Shown piece after piece: positions 19,127-29,380 of a stretch of 64,000 nt of DNA. The DNA lies in contig JAEKNW010000151.1 of NCBI GenBank assembly GCA_016838885.1, positions 3,024 to 67,023 of the forward strand, read 5' to 3'. The stretch comes from Candidatus Cloacimonadota bacterium. GTDB taxonomy: Bacteria; Cloacimonadota; Cloacimonadia; Cloacimonadales; JAFGVF01. The notes below the pieces were generated by a model that made no database searches, was not told the origin of the DNA, and was given only the letters and a program-made list of their open reading frames with translations. The position numbers were made by a program, and so were the translations under genes. Every line of letters starts with the position of its first letter. Positions within the stretch are counted from its first letter, which is position 1.

Positions 19127-20875
19127 ATGGGACCGTTCAGACATGTTATTAAATATGTTAAAAAAAGTTTTCCACGTATTTTATTAGGATTTCTTGTTCT
19201 TCTTATAGTAGATGTTATTCAGTTAATTATCCCAATCCTAACAAAAAATGCCATAGACAGAATTCAAACTCAAGATATTCTGAAATCAGGGCTTGTAATT
19301 ATTGCAGCACAGATATTGGGTCTTACTGTGGGGATTATGATTATGAGATTCTTTTGGAGAATGCTCATTATTGGTAATTCATTTATTATAGAGAAATTAA
19401 TTAGGCATCAGTTTTATGAGCATTTGATGAGGCTGTCACAAAACTTTTTTAATCGTCATAAAATTGGTGATTTAATGGCTCATGCGACGAATGATCTCAA
19501 TGCTGTACGAATGATGTTTGGCTTTGGCTTAATTGCCGGTTTTGATATCATTGTGATGACTATAGCCTCTCTCAGTTTTATGATTGGAATCAACGGAAGG
19601 TTAACCCTCTATGCAATTATTCCTATGCCAATTATTACTATTAGTATTCTTTACTTTGGCAAGAGACTGCAAAAAAGATTCGGTCAAGTTCAGGAATCTT
19701 TCTCTAGTATGTCCGGTACTATTCAAGAGAGTATCTCGGGTATTCGCGTAGTTAAAGCTTTTGTTCAAGAAGATCAGGAGCTAGAGAAAGTTAAAGAAAC
19801 TTCAAAAGATTATGTGCAAAAGAATATATCAATGGCTATACTTGATGGTGTTTTCCACCCTTTCATGGGTTTTATAATCAGTATTTCCATGTTAATAACC
19901 TTAATTCTGGGTGGTCAACTAGCTATTAATGGGACTATCTCCATTGGTGATTTTTATGCCTTTAATTCATACTTAGGAATGCTAATTTGGCCGATGATGG
20001 CCATCGGGATGGTCGTTAATCATTACCAACGCGGGACAGCTTCTCTTAAAAGATTGAATGTTATCTTTGATGCTGAACCTCAAATCTCTGATAAAGATGC
20101 TGATCATTCTATCAAGGAGATAAAGGGAAAAATTGAAATTGATGGCCTTAATTTTGTTTATCCTGACTCATCTGCCCAAATTTTTGAAAACATCAATACT
20201 TCAATTGAAAAAGGTAAAACTCTTGCTATTGTAGGTAAAACAGGTTGTGGTAAATCAACTTTGATAGATTTGATAACCAGAGTCTATAATCCCCCTAAAA
20301 ATAGTGTTCTCATTGATGGTCATGATGTTCACAAGATTCCTTTGGAGGTTCTACATCGCGATGTAGTTATGGTTCCCCAAGATATTTTCTTATTCTCTGA
20401 AACACTCGCTAATAACATAGCTTTGGGAAGACCTGATGCTAGCAGAGAAGAAATTGCAGAAGCAACTAAACTAGCACAAGTCTATGATGATATTATGGAC
20501 TTTGAACATAAGTTTGATACAATAGTAGGCGAGAGAGGAACTACCCTTTCCGGTGGTCAAAAACAAAGAGTTGCTATAGCTAGGGCACTTTTATGCAATC
20601 CTCAAGTATTAATCTTAGATGATGCTCTTTCAGCTGTTGATACTTTAACAGAAAAAAATATTCTTAATCATCTTATTGAATATCGTCAAAACAAGACTAC
20701 TATCATTATATCTCACAGAATCTCCTCTGTCAGTCATGCTGACAAAATTATCGTGATTGATGAAGGTAAGATAGTAGAGAGTGGAAATCATCTTGAGCTC
20801 CTTGCTCTAAATGGTATCTATAAAGATTTAGATGATAAACAGAAAATTGAAGAGCGCTTAGAAGGAGATTTTTAA
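19127..20875 (+). CDS. ABC exporter, fused permease/ATPase (MdlA/MsbA-like half transporter)
   Basis: Six predicted TM helices followed by an NBD: Walker A GKTGCGKST, signature LSGGQKQR, Walker B LILDDALS. The start is taken at ATG 19127 because the listed start 19097 is inside the repeat. Confidence 0.85.
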   Translation: MGPFRHVIKYVKKSFPRILLGFLVLLIVDVIQLIIPILTKNAIDRIQTQDILKSGLVIIAAQILGLTVGIMIMRFFWRMLIIGNSFIIEKLIRHQFYEHLMRLSQNFFNRHKIGDLMAHATNDLNAVRMMFGFGLIAGFDIIVMTIASLSFMIGINGRLTLYAIIPMPIITISILYFGKRLQKRFGQVQESFSSMSGTIQESISGIRVVKAFVQEDQELEKVKETSKDYVQKNISMAILDGVFHPFMGFIISISMLITLILGGQLAINGTISIGDFYAFNSYLGMLIWPMMAIGMVVNHYQRGTASLKRLNVIFDAEPQISDKDADHSIKEIKGKIEIDGLNFVYPDSSAQIFENINTSIEKGKTLAIVGKTGCGKSTLIDLITRVYNPPKNSVLIDGHDVHKIPLEVLHRDVVMVPQDIFLFSETLANNIALGRPDASREEIAEATKLAQVYDDIMDFEHKFDTIVGERGTTLSGGQKQRVAIARALLCNPQVLILDDALSAVDTLTEKNILNHLIEYRQNKTTIIISHRISSVSHADKIIVIDEGKIVESGNHLELLALNGIYKDLDDKQKIEERLEGDF

Positions 20876-23013
20876 TGAGAAATGCAGGAATGGATTTTGA
20901 TGAAATTAAGAAAAATATATTAGATAGAAGACTGATTGCCAATCTTTTAAAATATCTTAAGCCATACATCTGGATGGTTATATTATCGCTTATTGTTCTG
21001 TTTTTAATTGCCGGAATTGAATTAGTTCTTCCTTTGATTACAAAATCAGCTTTGGATGATTTTATCATCCCTAATAAGCAAATCTATATTACCCAAACTC
21101 AAGAGAATAAAGAACAATTAGAAGAGATTCTAGATGAAGACAGCTATTACATTAGTTCCTATAATGGAACAATATCTTTTATTATTGACAGTCAGGAAGT
21201 TAAAAGAGTCCAAAAACTATTCCCAGAGAAAATGTCTGGATATAAAATTGATAAAGAACTCTTTTATGTTGTCCCTTATAATACCAGAAATATCCAAATT
21301 ATCACAGATAACAAATTAGAACAAACCCTTACTGAGATATCAGATGAACATCTTGCCCTTCCCTATTCTGCTGTAAAAAACCTCTCTGCTGCAGATATCC
21401 TTAATCTTAATAAACAGATTGATTATAAGCTTCTAGGGAAAAGAAATATAGTAATTAACTTTTGGATTTTAGGACTCATCTATCTATCATTCATCAGTCT
21501 TAGGTTTGTTTTTCAGTTCTTACAGACTTATATGACTCGTTACTTCTCTCAACATGCAATGAATGACCTTAGAACAGACTTGTATCGCCATCTTCAAAAG
21601 ATGCCAACTTCATTCTTTGATAAAAATCCGGTAGGAAGATTAGTAACTAGGGTAACAAATGATATTAGATCTATCGATGAAATGCTGGCTGCTGGTGTTA
21701 TTACCATAGTTCAAGATGTTATTATGATTGTCATTATTATAGCTATTATGCTTACTCTTAACTGGGAATTAGCTCTGATTAGTTTTATAACTATTCCATT
21801 TGTGATAATTCTAATTAATATCTTTAAAAAGAAAACTCGTAAGATTTATCGAGTTGTAAGAAAGAAATTAGCTGCCCTTAATGCAACTCTTGCTGAACAC
21901 ATGTCAGGTGTGAAGATTATCAATCTTTTTAATCAAAGAGATATCAAGATGGCTCATTTTGACCAACTTAACCAAGAGTATTTTGAGACTAACTATTCCC
22001 AATTAAAGCTCTTTGCCTTCTTTAGACCTATCATTCACGTTATGTCTCAAGTCTCTGTTGCCTTAATCTTATGGTATGGTGGTGGACAAATCCTTGATGG
22101 GATAATCACCATCGGTACTTTCACAGCCTTTACCTTCTATGTTACCAGACTTTTTCAACCTATTAATGAGTTTAGTGAAAAGTTTAATATCCTACAAGGA
22201 GCTATGGCCGGTGCTGAAAGAATCTTTGACCTTATGGAAGATGAACAGGATGATTATCGAGATGAGCTGACTTTGAACAAAATCTTTGATGGTAAAATCG
22301 AGTTTCGTAATGTCTGGTTAGCTTATAACCCTGATGAATGGGTATTAAAAGATGTCTCTTTTACCATAAATCCTGGAGAAAAAGTTGCTTTAGTGGGACA
22401 TACCGGTTCAGGTAAAACTTCCATAGTTAATCTAATCTTAGGTATGTATCCTTATCAAAAGGGAGATATTCTTATCGATGGTAAACCCCTTACTTCTTAT
22501 TCATTACACGATATCAGGCAAAATATTGGAATAGTCCAACAAGATGTTTTCCTCTTCTCAGGGACTATTAAAGATAATATTCTGCTTAATAACGAAAATC
22601 TAGATGATAATAGAATGATTGAAGTTGCAAAACATGTTAATGTTGATACCTTTATCCAACAACTACCAGGTAAATATTACGAACCGGTAATGGAGAGAGG
22701 TTCTACTTTCTCTGTTGGACAAAGACAGTTGATAGCCTTTGCCCGCGTTCTGGCCTATAATCCTTCAATATTTATCCTTGACGAAGCAACCTCAAATATT
22801 GATACTGAAACTGAGATTCTAATCCAAGATGCCCTGCAGAAAATTATGGAAAACAGAACTTCAATAATTATTGCTCATAGATTATCTACTATTCAGCACT
22901 CAGATAGAATTATTGTACTTCACAAAGGTAAGATAATTGAAGAGGGTAATCATCAAGAATTACTACGCAAAGAAGGACTCTATTATGATTTATACAGACT
23001 TCAGTATAGCTAA
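20875..23013 (+). CDS. ABC exporter, fused permease/ATPase with a large loop insertion
   Basis: The start overlaps the upstream stop (TAATG). Walker A GHTGSGKTS, signature FSVGQRQL, Walker B FILDEATS. 712 aa because of about 120 extra residues after TM1. Confidence 0.85.
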   Translation: MRNAGMDFDEIKKNILDRRLIANLLKYLKPYIWMVILSLIVLFLIAGIELVLPLITKSALDDFIIPNKQIYITQTQENKEQLEEILDEDSYYISSYNGTISFIIDSQEVKRVQKLFPEKMSGYKIDKELFYVVPYNTRNIQIITDNKLEQTLTEISDEHLALPYSAVKNLSAADILNLNKQIDYKLLGKRNIVINFWILGLIYLSFISLRFVFQFLQTYMTRYFSQHAMNDLRTDLYRHLQKMPTSFFDKNPVGRLVTRVTNDIRSIDEMLAAGVITIVQDVIMIVIIIAIMLTLNWELALISFITIPFVIILINIFKKKTRKIYRVVRKKLAALNATLAEHMSGVKIINLFNQRDIKMAHFDQLNQEYFETNYSQLKLFAFFRPIIHVMSQVSVALILWYGGGQILDGIITIGTFTAFTFYVTRLFQPINEFSEKFNILQGAMAGAERIFDLMEDEQDDYRDELTLNKIFDGKIEFRNVWLAYNPDEWVLKDVSFTINPGEKVALVGHTGSGKTSIVNLILGMYPYQKGDILIDGKPLTSYSLHDIRQNIGIVQQDVFLFSGTIKDNILLNNENLDDNRMIEVAKHVNVDTFIQQLPGKYYEPVMERGSTFSVGQRQLIAFARVLAYNPSIFILDEATSNIDTETEILIQDALQKIMENRTSIIIAHRLSTIQHSDRIIVLHKGKIIEEGNHQELLRKEGLYYDLYRLQYS

Positions 23014-23162
23014 GCTAACATGCATTTCAGCATAAAGATAGAGCATTTGAGATAATCGTTAATGCAGTTTTTAAAAAAAATGTAAAAAAAAGTTTGACAT
23101 TTGTCTAAAGACTTGTAACTTGCCTTATAGATAACTAAATTTATAAATTTCTGGGAGGAAAT

Positions 23163-25886
23163 ATGAAAAAGAACTTGTTATTTGTACTTGCTTTAGTTTT
23201 ATTAGTTAGTACATCTTTTGCTAACTCTTTTAGAGTTGCGGAAATGAGTAACACACAAAATTCAAGAGATAGTCGTTTTGAACAAATCGCTTGGATTGAT
23301 GATTTTGAAGGTGAAGATAACTGGACTATAGTTGATGAAACTGACGCTCCTCAAGAATGGCACATCTATAACGAAGGCGGAACTTATGGTGACGTTTGGT
23401 GGATGGGTGGAGACAATGGTGGTTATATTGATAACCTCTATTTAGTTTTAGACACTCCCGCTATCCCTCTTTCAGCAGGTAACTCAACTTTAACTTTCGA
23501 TTTAAACTATAATGTTGAAGAACCAGGTGGAACTGGCGAATACAACGGTTGGGATGGTATCAATATTCGTGTTTCTACTGACCAAGAAAACTGGACTGTT
23601 GTAAGTGGAACTCCTGCTTACGATGCAACATCAATGTATTCATTTGGTGAAATTCATGGTGAAGGTCCAAATGTTCCTGGATGGGGCGGCTCTTCTGATG
23701 GTTGGGTTAACGCATCTTTTGACTTATCAGCTTATGAAGGGCAAACAGTATATGTAAGATTTGCTTTTGCTTCTGACCCAGCTTTTAACACTGGTGATGA
23801 TGAAGATATGTTCGGTGTTAAAATTGATAACATCGCTCTTGCTTCATTCTCTAATAATGGTACTGCAGGCGACATGGTTGCTTCAAGTTTAGTTCCTCTA
23901 GGTGGAAACAACTGGTCTTTAGCTGAAGTTACTAATGCTTTCTCAGGAACTCATGTTTATCAATTACAGAATGAGGCAGGCTCTTACGATCCTAATCTTT
24001 TAAATGCAATTATTTCTCCAGTAATTACTCTTCCTACAGAAGGTGAAATATTAGCCACTTTCGAATTAATGGGTGACTTTACTGATCCTGATGCAGGTGG
24101 AGCTGTTTCTGCTCTTGACTACTGGGGATATGAAATTCAACTTGATGGTTCAAATGCATGGTTAGCTATGTCAAATCCATACGCAGATCCTAATGGAAAC
24201 AATTATATCTATTCAGACGCTCCTGATGTTTGGATGCCTGTACATGAAGCTTACACTTTAGATGCAAGACTTGATGACTATGCTGGTGAAGATGTAAGAT
24301 TTAAAATTTACTTCCGTTCTGACGATGATACTCCTCAAGGTTCAGGTATCATGGTTGATGACTTTAGAATAACTACTGAAGTTTTCCTTGCAGAGCCACA
24401 CAATCTTCAAGCAGAAGTACAAGGTGAAGAAGTTCAACTAACTTGGCAACAACCTCTTCAAATGACTGAAACAGAATTCGCATGGACTAATAGTGCATGG
24501 GTTAGCTATGTTAATGATGGACAGCCTTATGCAATTAAAGTTGAAAATAATGATAACTACGACAAACCTCTTTCAAAAATTGGTTTTAATTTATACAATC
24601 AAACTGGTGTAACCGGTTCAGCAACTGTCTATGCTTGGGCTAATGCCGGTGGTTTACCTGGTGCTGAACTAGCTTCTGTTGCCGGTATTACTGGAATGAT
24701 TTCTCAAACTTGGATGAATGTTGATGTAATGTCAGAAAACATCATAGTTCCTGCAAATGGTTCTATCTTTGTTGGTGTTGGCGATTATGATATCACCAAC
24801 CAAGGTTTACTTGCTGATGATACTTCTACTACCGTAGGTTCTTATGCTAATATCCAAGGAACTTGGACTATCGTTACTGAAGCATATACCGGACTTATGA
24901 ATGTCGGTATCAAAGCTACTATCATGGAAGACGATCCAACTCTTCCTTCAGCTGACAGCTACAAAGTTTATCATTCTGAAGATGGTAACAACTACACTTA
25001 CTTAGCAGAAACTGTTGACACAGAATATCTTCATACTTCACCAGTTCTTGGTGCTCTTAACTATTATAAAGTTACGGCACTCTTTGGTATTAACGAATCT
25101 CAAGGTATCACTACTACAGCATTCTTATTACCTGGTGGACTTACTGAAGTTATGAATGATGATGGAAGTGCTGAATCTGCAGCAACTGCAGGTGTAAGTC
25201 ATCTCATGGGTACTAAATTTGTTCACACCCACGAAGCTACTCTTCAATATATCAAATTCTATATTCATACCATGAATGGTGCAAATATGCTCTATAGAAT
25301 CTATACTGTAGAAAATGGTATGCCAGCTGAAAATCTTGCTACTGCAGTTATTCAAAACACTGAATTAGTTCAAGGTTGGAATACAATCGAATTACAAAAC
25401 GAATATACATTTGACAATGGACAGTTCTTCATTGCATTCGTTAATGTTAATAATGCTCCTCTTATCGGTTTAGATGCTGATACTCAAGGAAATTATTACC
25501 TATCTACTGACCAAGGTGCAAACTGGAATAATCAAGCTACAGGTAACCTTATGGTGAGAGCTTTAGTTGTTGATGGTTCTGTGGATAACTATGACGAAGA
25601 AATTGCTCCTGTAGTTTCTAATGTTGGTAACTATCCTAACCCATTCAACCCTCTAACTACCATCAGATTCAACATGTCAAAAGCTGGAAATGCTAATGTT
25701 TCTGTTTATAACCTTAAAGGCCAGTTAGTTAAAACTATCCTTAATGGTAATGTTGAAGCCGGTAATAAAGAAATCGTTTGGAATGGTACTGACACACAAA
25801 ACAACAATGTTGCTAGTGGCGTTTACTTCTTCAGAGTAAAAACTGACAACCAAACTATTAATAGAAAAATGGTTCTTCAAAAATAA
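23163..25886 (+). CDS. secreted T9SS-cargo protein (C-terminal sorting domain)
   Basis: Signal peptide MKKNLLFVLALVLLVSTSFA. C-terminal NYPNPFNP...VYNLKGQLV...GVYFFRV fits the T9SS type-A CTD pattern. GGAGG RBS. Confidence 0.75.
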   Translation: MKKNLLFVLALVLLVSTSFANSFRVAEMSNTQNSRDSRFEQIAWIDDFEGEDNWTIVDETDAPQEWHIYNEGGTYGDVWWMGGDNGGYIDNLYLVLDTPAIPLSAGNSTLTFDLNYNVEEPGGTGEYNGWDGINIRVSTDQENWTVVSGTPAYDATSMYSFGEIHGEGPNVPGWGGSSDGWVNASFDLSAYEGQTVYVRFAFASDPAFNTGDDEDMFGVKIDNIALASFSNNGTAGDMVASSLVPLGGNNWSLAEVTNAFSGTHVYQLQNEAGSYDPNLLNAIISPVITLPTEGEILATFELMGDFTDPDAGGAVSALDYWGYEIQLDGSNAWLAMSNPYADPNGNNYIYSDAPDVWMPVHEAYTLDARLDDYAGEDVRFKIYFRSDDDTPQGSGIMVDDFRITTEVFLAEPHNLQAEVQGEEVQLTWQQPLQMTETEFAWTNSAWVSYVNDGQPYAIKVENNDNYDKPLSKIGFNLYNQTGVTGSATVYAWANAGGLPGAELASVAGITGMISQTWMNVDVMSENIIVPANGSIFVGVGDYDITNQGLLADDTSTTVGSYANIQGTWTIVTEAYTGLMNVGIKATIMEDDPTLPSADSYKVYHSEDGNNYTYLAETVDTEYLHTSPVLGALNYYKVTALFGINESQGITTTAFLLPGGLTEVMNDDGSAESAATAGVSHLMGTKFVHTHEATLQYIKFYIHTMNGANMLYRIYTVENGMPAENLATAVIQNTELVQGWNTIELQNEYTFDNGQFFIAFVNVNNAPLIGLDADTQGNYYLSTDQGANWNNQATGNLMVRALVVDGSVDNYDEEIAPVVSNVGNYPNPFNPLTTIRFNMSKAGNANVSVYNLKGQLVKTILNGNVEAGNKEIVWNGTDTQNNNVASGVYFFRVKTDNQTINRKMVLQK

Positions 25887-25908
25887 GAAGATACTATAAA
25901 TAAATATC

Positions 25909-25937
25909 AGAGGCTGAGAAATCAGCCTCTTTTTTTG
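25909..25937 (+). terminator. rho-independent terminator
   Basis: agaggctga GAAA tcagcctct hairpin followed by TTTTTTT. Confidence 0.8.
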
Positions 25938-25948
25938 TTTATTTGTTT

Positions 25949-25985
25949 AACCCGAATGGTGCAGTAGAACTTTGATGAAGAGTGC
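25949..25985. repeat. solo left terminus of the AACCC...GGGTT element family
   Basis: aacccgaatggtgcagtagaactttgatgaagagtgc. No matching right terminus was found downstream. Confidence 0.7.
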
Positions 25986-26117
25986 TGGGATTGCGGGCTT
26001 CAAGCCCGTATTAGAAACCGGTAACTCGTTGCCGGTTCTTATCATCTTGCTGTTAGCAAGATAGATCATTTCTCCTCTTTAGGAGAAATGAATACGGGCT
26101 GGAAGCCCGCAATCCCA
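25986..26117. other. GC-rich 132-nt inverted-repeat element enclosing three hairpins (candidate structured RNA or MITE)
   Basis: The 27-nt arms tgggattgcgggcttcaagcccgtatt (25986-26012) and aatacgggctggaagcccgcaatccca (26091-26117) are complementary with 1 mismatch. Hairpins lie at 26016-26037, 26044-26062 and 26068-26089. Confidence 0.6.
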
Positions 26118-26406
26118 AAGAATATGCCCGCAATCCCAGTTAAGAATGCCAGCAGGGATGTTAGCGCTCCCAGAGAAGAAGTCGTGCTCCAAGTCAGGAA
26201 AAGCTCATTTTGCATGAGTCTGTCTATTATCAATCACATTACCACTGTGGTTTTACCACTTGTCTATTGTATCACTGTTAGCTTTTTTTCTAATAGTGAC
26301 CTAATAGATGCCCAATAGACCCCCAATAAAGACCCAGTAAATGGCAGAGAGTTCTACAAAGTTCATAATGGCAGAAAGTTATACAAAGATGTTTTGCTCA
26401 TGATAA

Positions 26407-26429
26407 TTTCCACCAGACTTGAACTTGAG
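26407..26429 (-). repeat. 23-nt motif CTCAAGTTCAAGTCTGGTGGAAA (inverted copy)
   Basis: The + strand reads tttccaccagacttgaacttgag, the exact reverse complement of 31484-31506 and 55003-55025. Confidence 0.85.
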
Positions 26430-26604
26430 TCTAAAAAAACACCATAGGCTTCCAGATTACTGCTGGAGGTGATGGGATGAATTTCGGACTTTTTTACAAA
26501 ATATCAAGAGCAACTAGAGGCTAAGTATTCTTTTATCTAGTCCACTTAGAGCTTAAACAAATCCAAAAGTTCAATATGTATAAATAGCATCTCAGAAAAA
26601 AACA

Positions 26605-26644
26605 TTGACAAGAATTCATATCAATATTTTATAGACCAGTGGTC
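26605..26644 (+). promoter_or_regulatory. candidate promoter plus palindromic operator upstream of the TetR gene
   Basis: TTGACA at 26605-26610 with an AT-rich -10 region about 17 nt downstream. Perfect palindrome GACCAgTGGTC at 26634-26644, between the -10 region and the RBS. Confidence 0.4.
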
Positions 26645-26666
26645 GAATATAAGAATAGGAGTCGAG

Positions 26667-27296
26667 ATGGAAAGAACTGAAAAAGAATATGTTATGAGAG
26701 AACAAAAGATTATTAAATCAGCCCGGAAACTTTTCATCAGGTTTGGATTTGATAATGTCTCCTTAAATCAAATTGCTAAGGATGCTGAATTTGGGAAATC
26801 AACTCTTTACTACTATTTTAAGAGTAAAGATGAACTGTTTTATCATGTAATAAGATCATTTGATATTGTAAGGTTACGCTCATGTCAAAATGAGTTTAAC
26901 AAGGGGGAATATCCGCAACAGAAAATTTCCAACTACCTAGTTGAATATTATAGGTTTGCCAAAAAAGACTATGTATTCTACATGATGTCATATGATTACG
27001 AATTCCTACTATATAGGAAAATTATCCCTAATCTAGCAACAGAATTAATAGAAAAATATGAGAAGTATTTCGTTGATGATGCATGTCAGTTAAAAAACCA
27101 ATTATTATTAGGAGAAGAAACTGGGCATTTCAAAACAATGGAAGACAAAGATTTTCTTCTGGGATACATTATGTCAACAACTCGTGGATTTATCTTCTTT
27201 ATCTTTCAACATCTTTTTGTTACCAAAACAATTTCAGAGAAAAAAGCAGATGAATATTATAATTTACACTTGAAAACAATATTAAACAATCTCTAG
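26667..27296 (+). CDS. TetR/AcrR-family transcriptional regulator
   Basis: N-terminal HTH SLNQIAKDAEFGKSTLYYYFKSKDELF. 209 aa. Confidence 0.85.
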   Translation: MERTEKEYVMREQKIIKSARKLFIRFGFDNVSLNQIAKDAEFGKSTLYYYFKSKDELFYHVIRSFDIVRLRSCQNEFNKGEYPQQKISNYLVEYYRFAKKDYVFYMMSYDYEFLLYRKIIPNLATELIEKYEKYFVDDACQLKNQLLLGEETGHFKTMEDKDFLLGYIMSTTRGFIFFIFQHLFVTKTISEKKADEYYNLHLKTILNNL

Positions 27297-27305
27297 GAGA
27301 GCCAA

Positions 27306-28853
27306 ATGAAAATTTTACTAATACTTATAATCATTACATTCAACATGTTAGTAACTACTGCTTGCGATAAAACTAGACATAATGGAACTATTAAAAGATT
27401 AGACAATTCTTTAATAACAATAAACAAAGTCGATAGCTTAGTTAATTTTTATATGCGTGAAGCTAATGTCACAGGATTATCATTATCTATTATTACCAAT
27501 AATGAGCTTGCATATATTAAATCTTATGGATATAAAAATAAGATTAACCACACTGAGTTAACTGAAAATTCAATCATGAGTGGTGCATCTTTCAGTAAGT
27601 TAGTATTTGCTTATATTGTATCTTCTCTTGCCGAGAATAATCTTATTGATTTAGATAAACCTTTATATAAGTATTTAGATAAACCAATTTATGATTTCGA
27701 GGAGTTTGCAGATCTTAAGAATGATAGTAGGTGGAAAGAGATTACTGCAAGACATTGTTTATCTCATTCTACCGGATTTCCTAATTCAAGATATTTCAAT
27801 CGTGACCATAAGCTTGAAATATTTTTTAAGCCGGGTTCAAATACAGCATATTCTGGAGAGGGATTTTCTTTTTTACAGCTTGTTATTGAGGAGATTACGG
27901 GTGTTTCATTAGAAGAATTAGCTCAGAAAATAGTGTTTGAGCCACTTAAAATGACGAACAGCAGTTATCTTTCCCTAAAGAATCTTAATGAAGGTTATGC
28001 TTCTGGCCATAACATCCTTGAAGATACTTATGGCTTACAGTTTAACAGCAATGCTGGAGCTGGAGGATCATTGCAAACAACTATCATAGATTTTTCTAAG
28101 TTTATTTTACACCTAATGGATAAAAATAATGAAAGATTAGTAAAAAGAATTATATCACCTTCTATTAGAATTAAGAAAAAAAATCAGTTTCCTTCTTTGT
28201 CTTTTGAAGAGACAGATAGATATAACTCAGTTAATCTTTCTTATGGTTTAGGTTGTGTTGTAATGGATACGAAAATTGGTAGAGCATTTTTGAAAGAAGG
28301 ACATGGTATGGGATTTCAAAACTATACAATATCTTTTCCAGAAGTTGGAAGCTCTATAATTTTAATGTCCAATAGTGATAATGCTGAACTAATTTTTAAA
28401 TATCTCCTTGAAGATATCATCAAGGATAATTTCACTCTTTGGGAATGGGAAGGTTATATTCCATACGATAAGTTAAGCAAAGAATCTATTGGAAGATATT
28501 TATATGATATCATTGTTATGGATTCTATAGATAATGCAATTAATACTTATAGGAAAATTAAAGAAAGTAAATTGAAAGATAGATTTATATTTGATGAAGC
28601 GGAATTAAATAACCTCGGTTATCAACTTGTTAAAGAGGGAAAAATGGAAGATGCGATTAAGTTATTTATAATTAATGTTGAAGAGTATCCCAAATCAGCA
28701 AATGTTTATGATAGTCTTGCCGAAGCATATTCTTTGATTGGTAAAATCGACTTAGCTATCAAATACTATGAAAAATCAATCGAATTGAATGGGAACAGTA
28801 AGTCTAGTAATACTCTTGAAAAGTTAAAAGTACTAATTAGGAGTACAAAATGA
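27306..28853 (+). CDS. beta-lactamase-family serine hydrolase lipoprotein with C-terminal TPR-like region
   Basis: Signal peptide/lipobox LVTTAC. SxxK (SFSK), YSGEG and HGMG motifs in class-C/esterase order. C-terminal helical repeats (AIKLFIINVEEYPKSANVYDSLAEAY). Confidence 0.78.
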   Translation: MKILLILIIITFNMLVTTACDKTRHNGTIKRLDNSLITINKVDSLVNFYMREANVTGLSLSIITNNELAYIKSYGYKNKINHTELTENSIMSGASFSKLVFAYIVSSLAENNLIDLDKPLYKYLDKPIYDFEEFADLKNDSRWKEITARHCLSHSTGFPNSRYFNRDHKLEIFFKPGSNTAYSGEGFSFLQLVIEEITGVSLEELAQKIVFEPLKMTNSSYLSLKNLNEGYASGHNILEDTYGLQFNSNAGAGGSLQTTIIDFSKFILHLMDKNNERLVKRIISPSIRIKKKNQFPSLSFEETDRYNSVNLSYGLGCVVMDTKIGRAFLKEGHGMGFQNYTISFPEVGSSIILMSNSDNAELIFKYLLEDIIKDNFTLWEWEGYIPYDKLSKESIGRYLYDIIVMDSIDNAINTYRKIKESKLKDRFIFDEAELNNLGYQLVKEGKMEDAIKLFIINVEEYPKSANVYDSLAEAYSLIGKIDLAIKYYEKSIELNGNSKSSNTLEKLKVLIRSTK

Positions 28854-29311
28854 AGAAATTGAAACTTATAATCGTATGTTGGAGTTTTATATTACTAATG
28901 ATTAGTTGTAAAAACACCAAACCTACTGAAAATTACATAACTGAGTTTTCATCACTAAATGGAGCTAGTTATATTCTAAATATTGATAGATTGTGTGAGA
29001 ATCCTGAAGTACAATCCCCAATAGATAATCTTCATGAAAGTAATTATTATGAGACATCTGGGAATATCTCTTATGAAGTTACTTTCTCAGATAATGGGAA
29101 TAATTTAATAATCGAGCAAGGTTATATACAGGCAGAGAAGACAGTTGATGAAGAAGGATGCAAGTACTTTGAATTAGAAGAAGGTACTTTTGCTGGGGGT
29201 CGATTTATCGTGTGGATAAATGAAAATAGATTTAATGTTGAGCTAACTATTTATGGGTCTGGAATACCAATCATAAGAAGTGAAAGGGGTGTCTTAAATC
29301 TGAATCAATAG
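28850..29311 (+). CDS. lipoprotein of unknown function
   Basis: ATGA overlap with the upstream stop. Signal peptide with LMISC lipobox. Confidence 0.5.
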   Translation: MKKLKLIIVCWSFILLMISCKNTKPTENYITEFSSLNGASYILNIDRLCENPEVQSPIDNLHESNYYETSGNISYEVTFSDNGNNLIIEQGYIQAEKTVDEEGCKYFELEEGTFAGGRFIVWINENRFNVELTIYGSGIPIIRSERGVLNLNQ

Positions 29312-29380
29312 TTTATGACAGTTAACATGAAAATGCACAAGATTAAGTGTAAAATAAAATAAAAAGGAACTGAAAAGATT

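Noticed and set aside
26088-26318. 76-aa ORF over the GC-rich inverted-repeat element
   Set aside because: It starts inside the right arm of the 132-nt element, has no RBS, and its composition is driven by the repeats. It is treated as non-coding.
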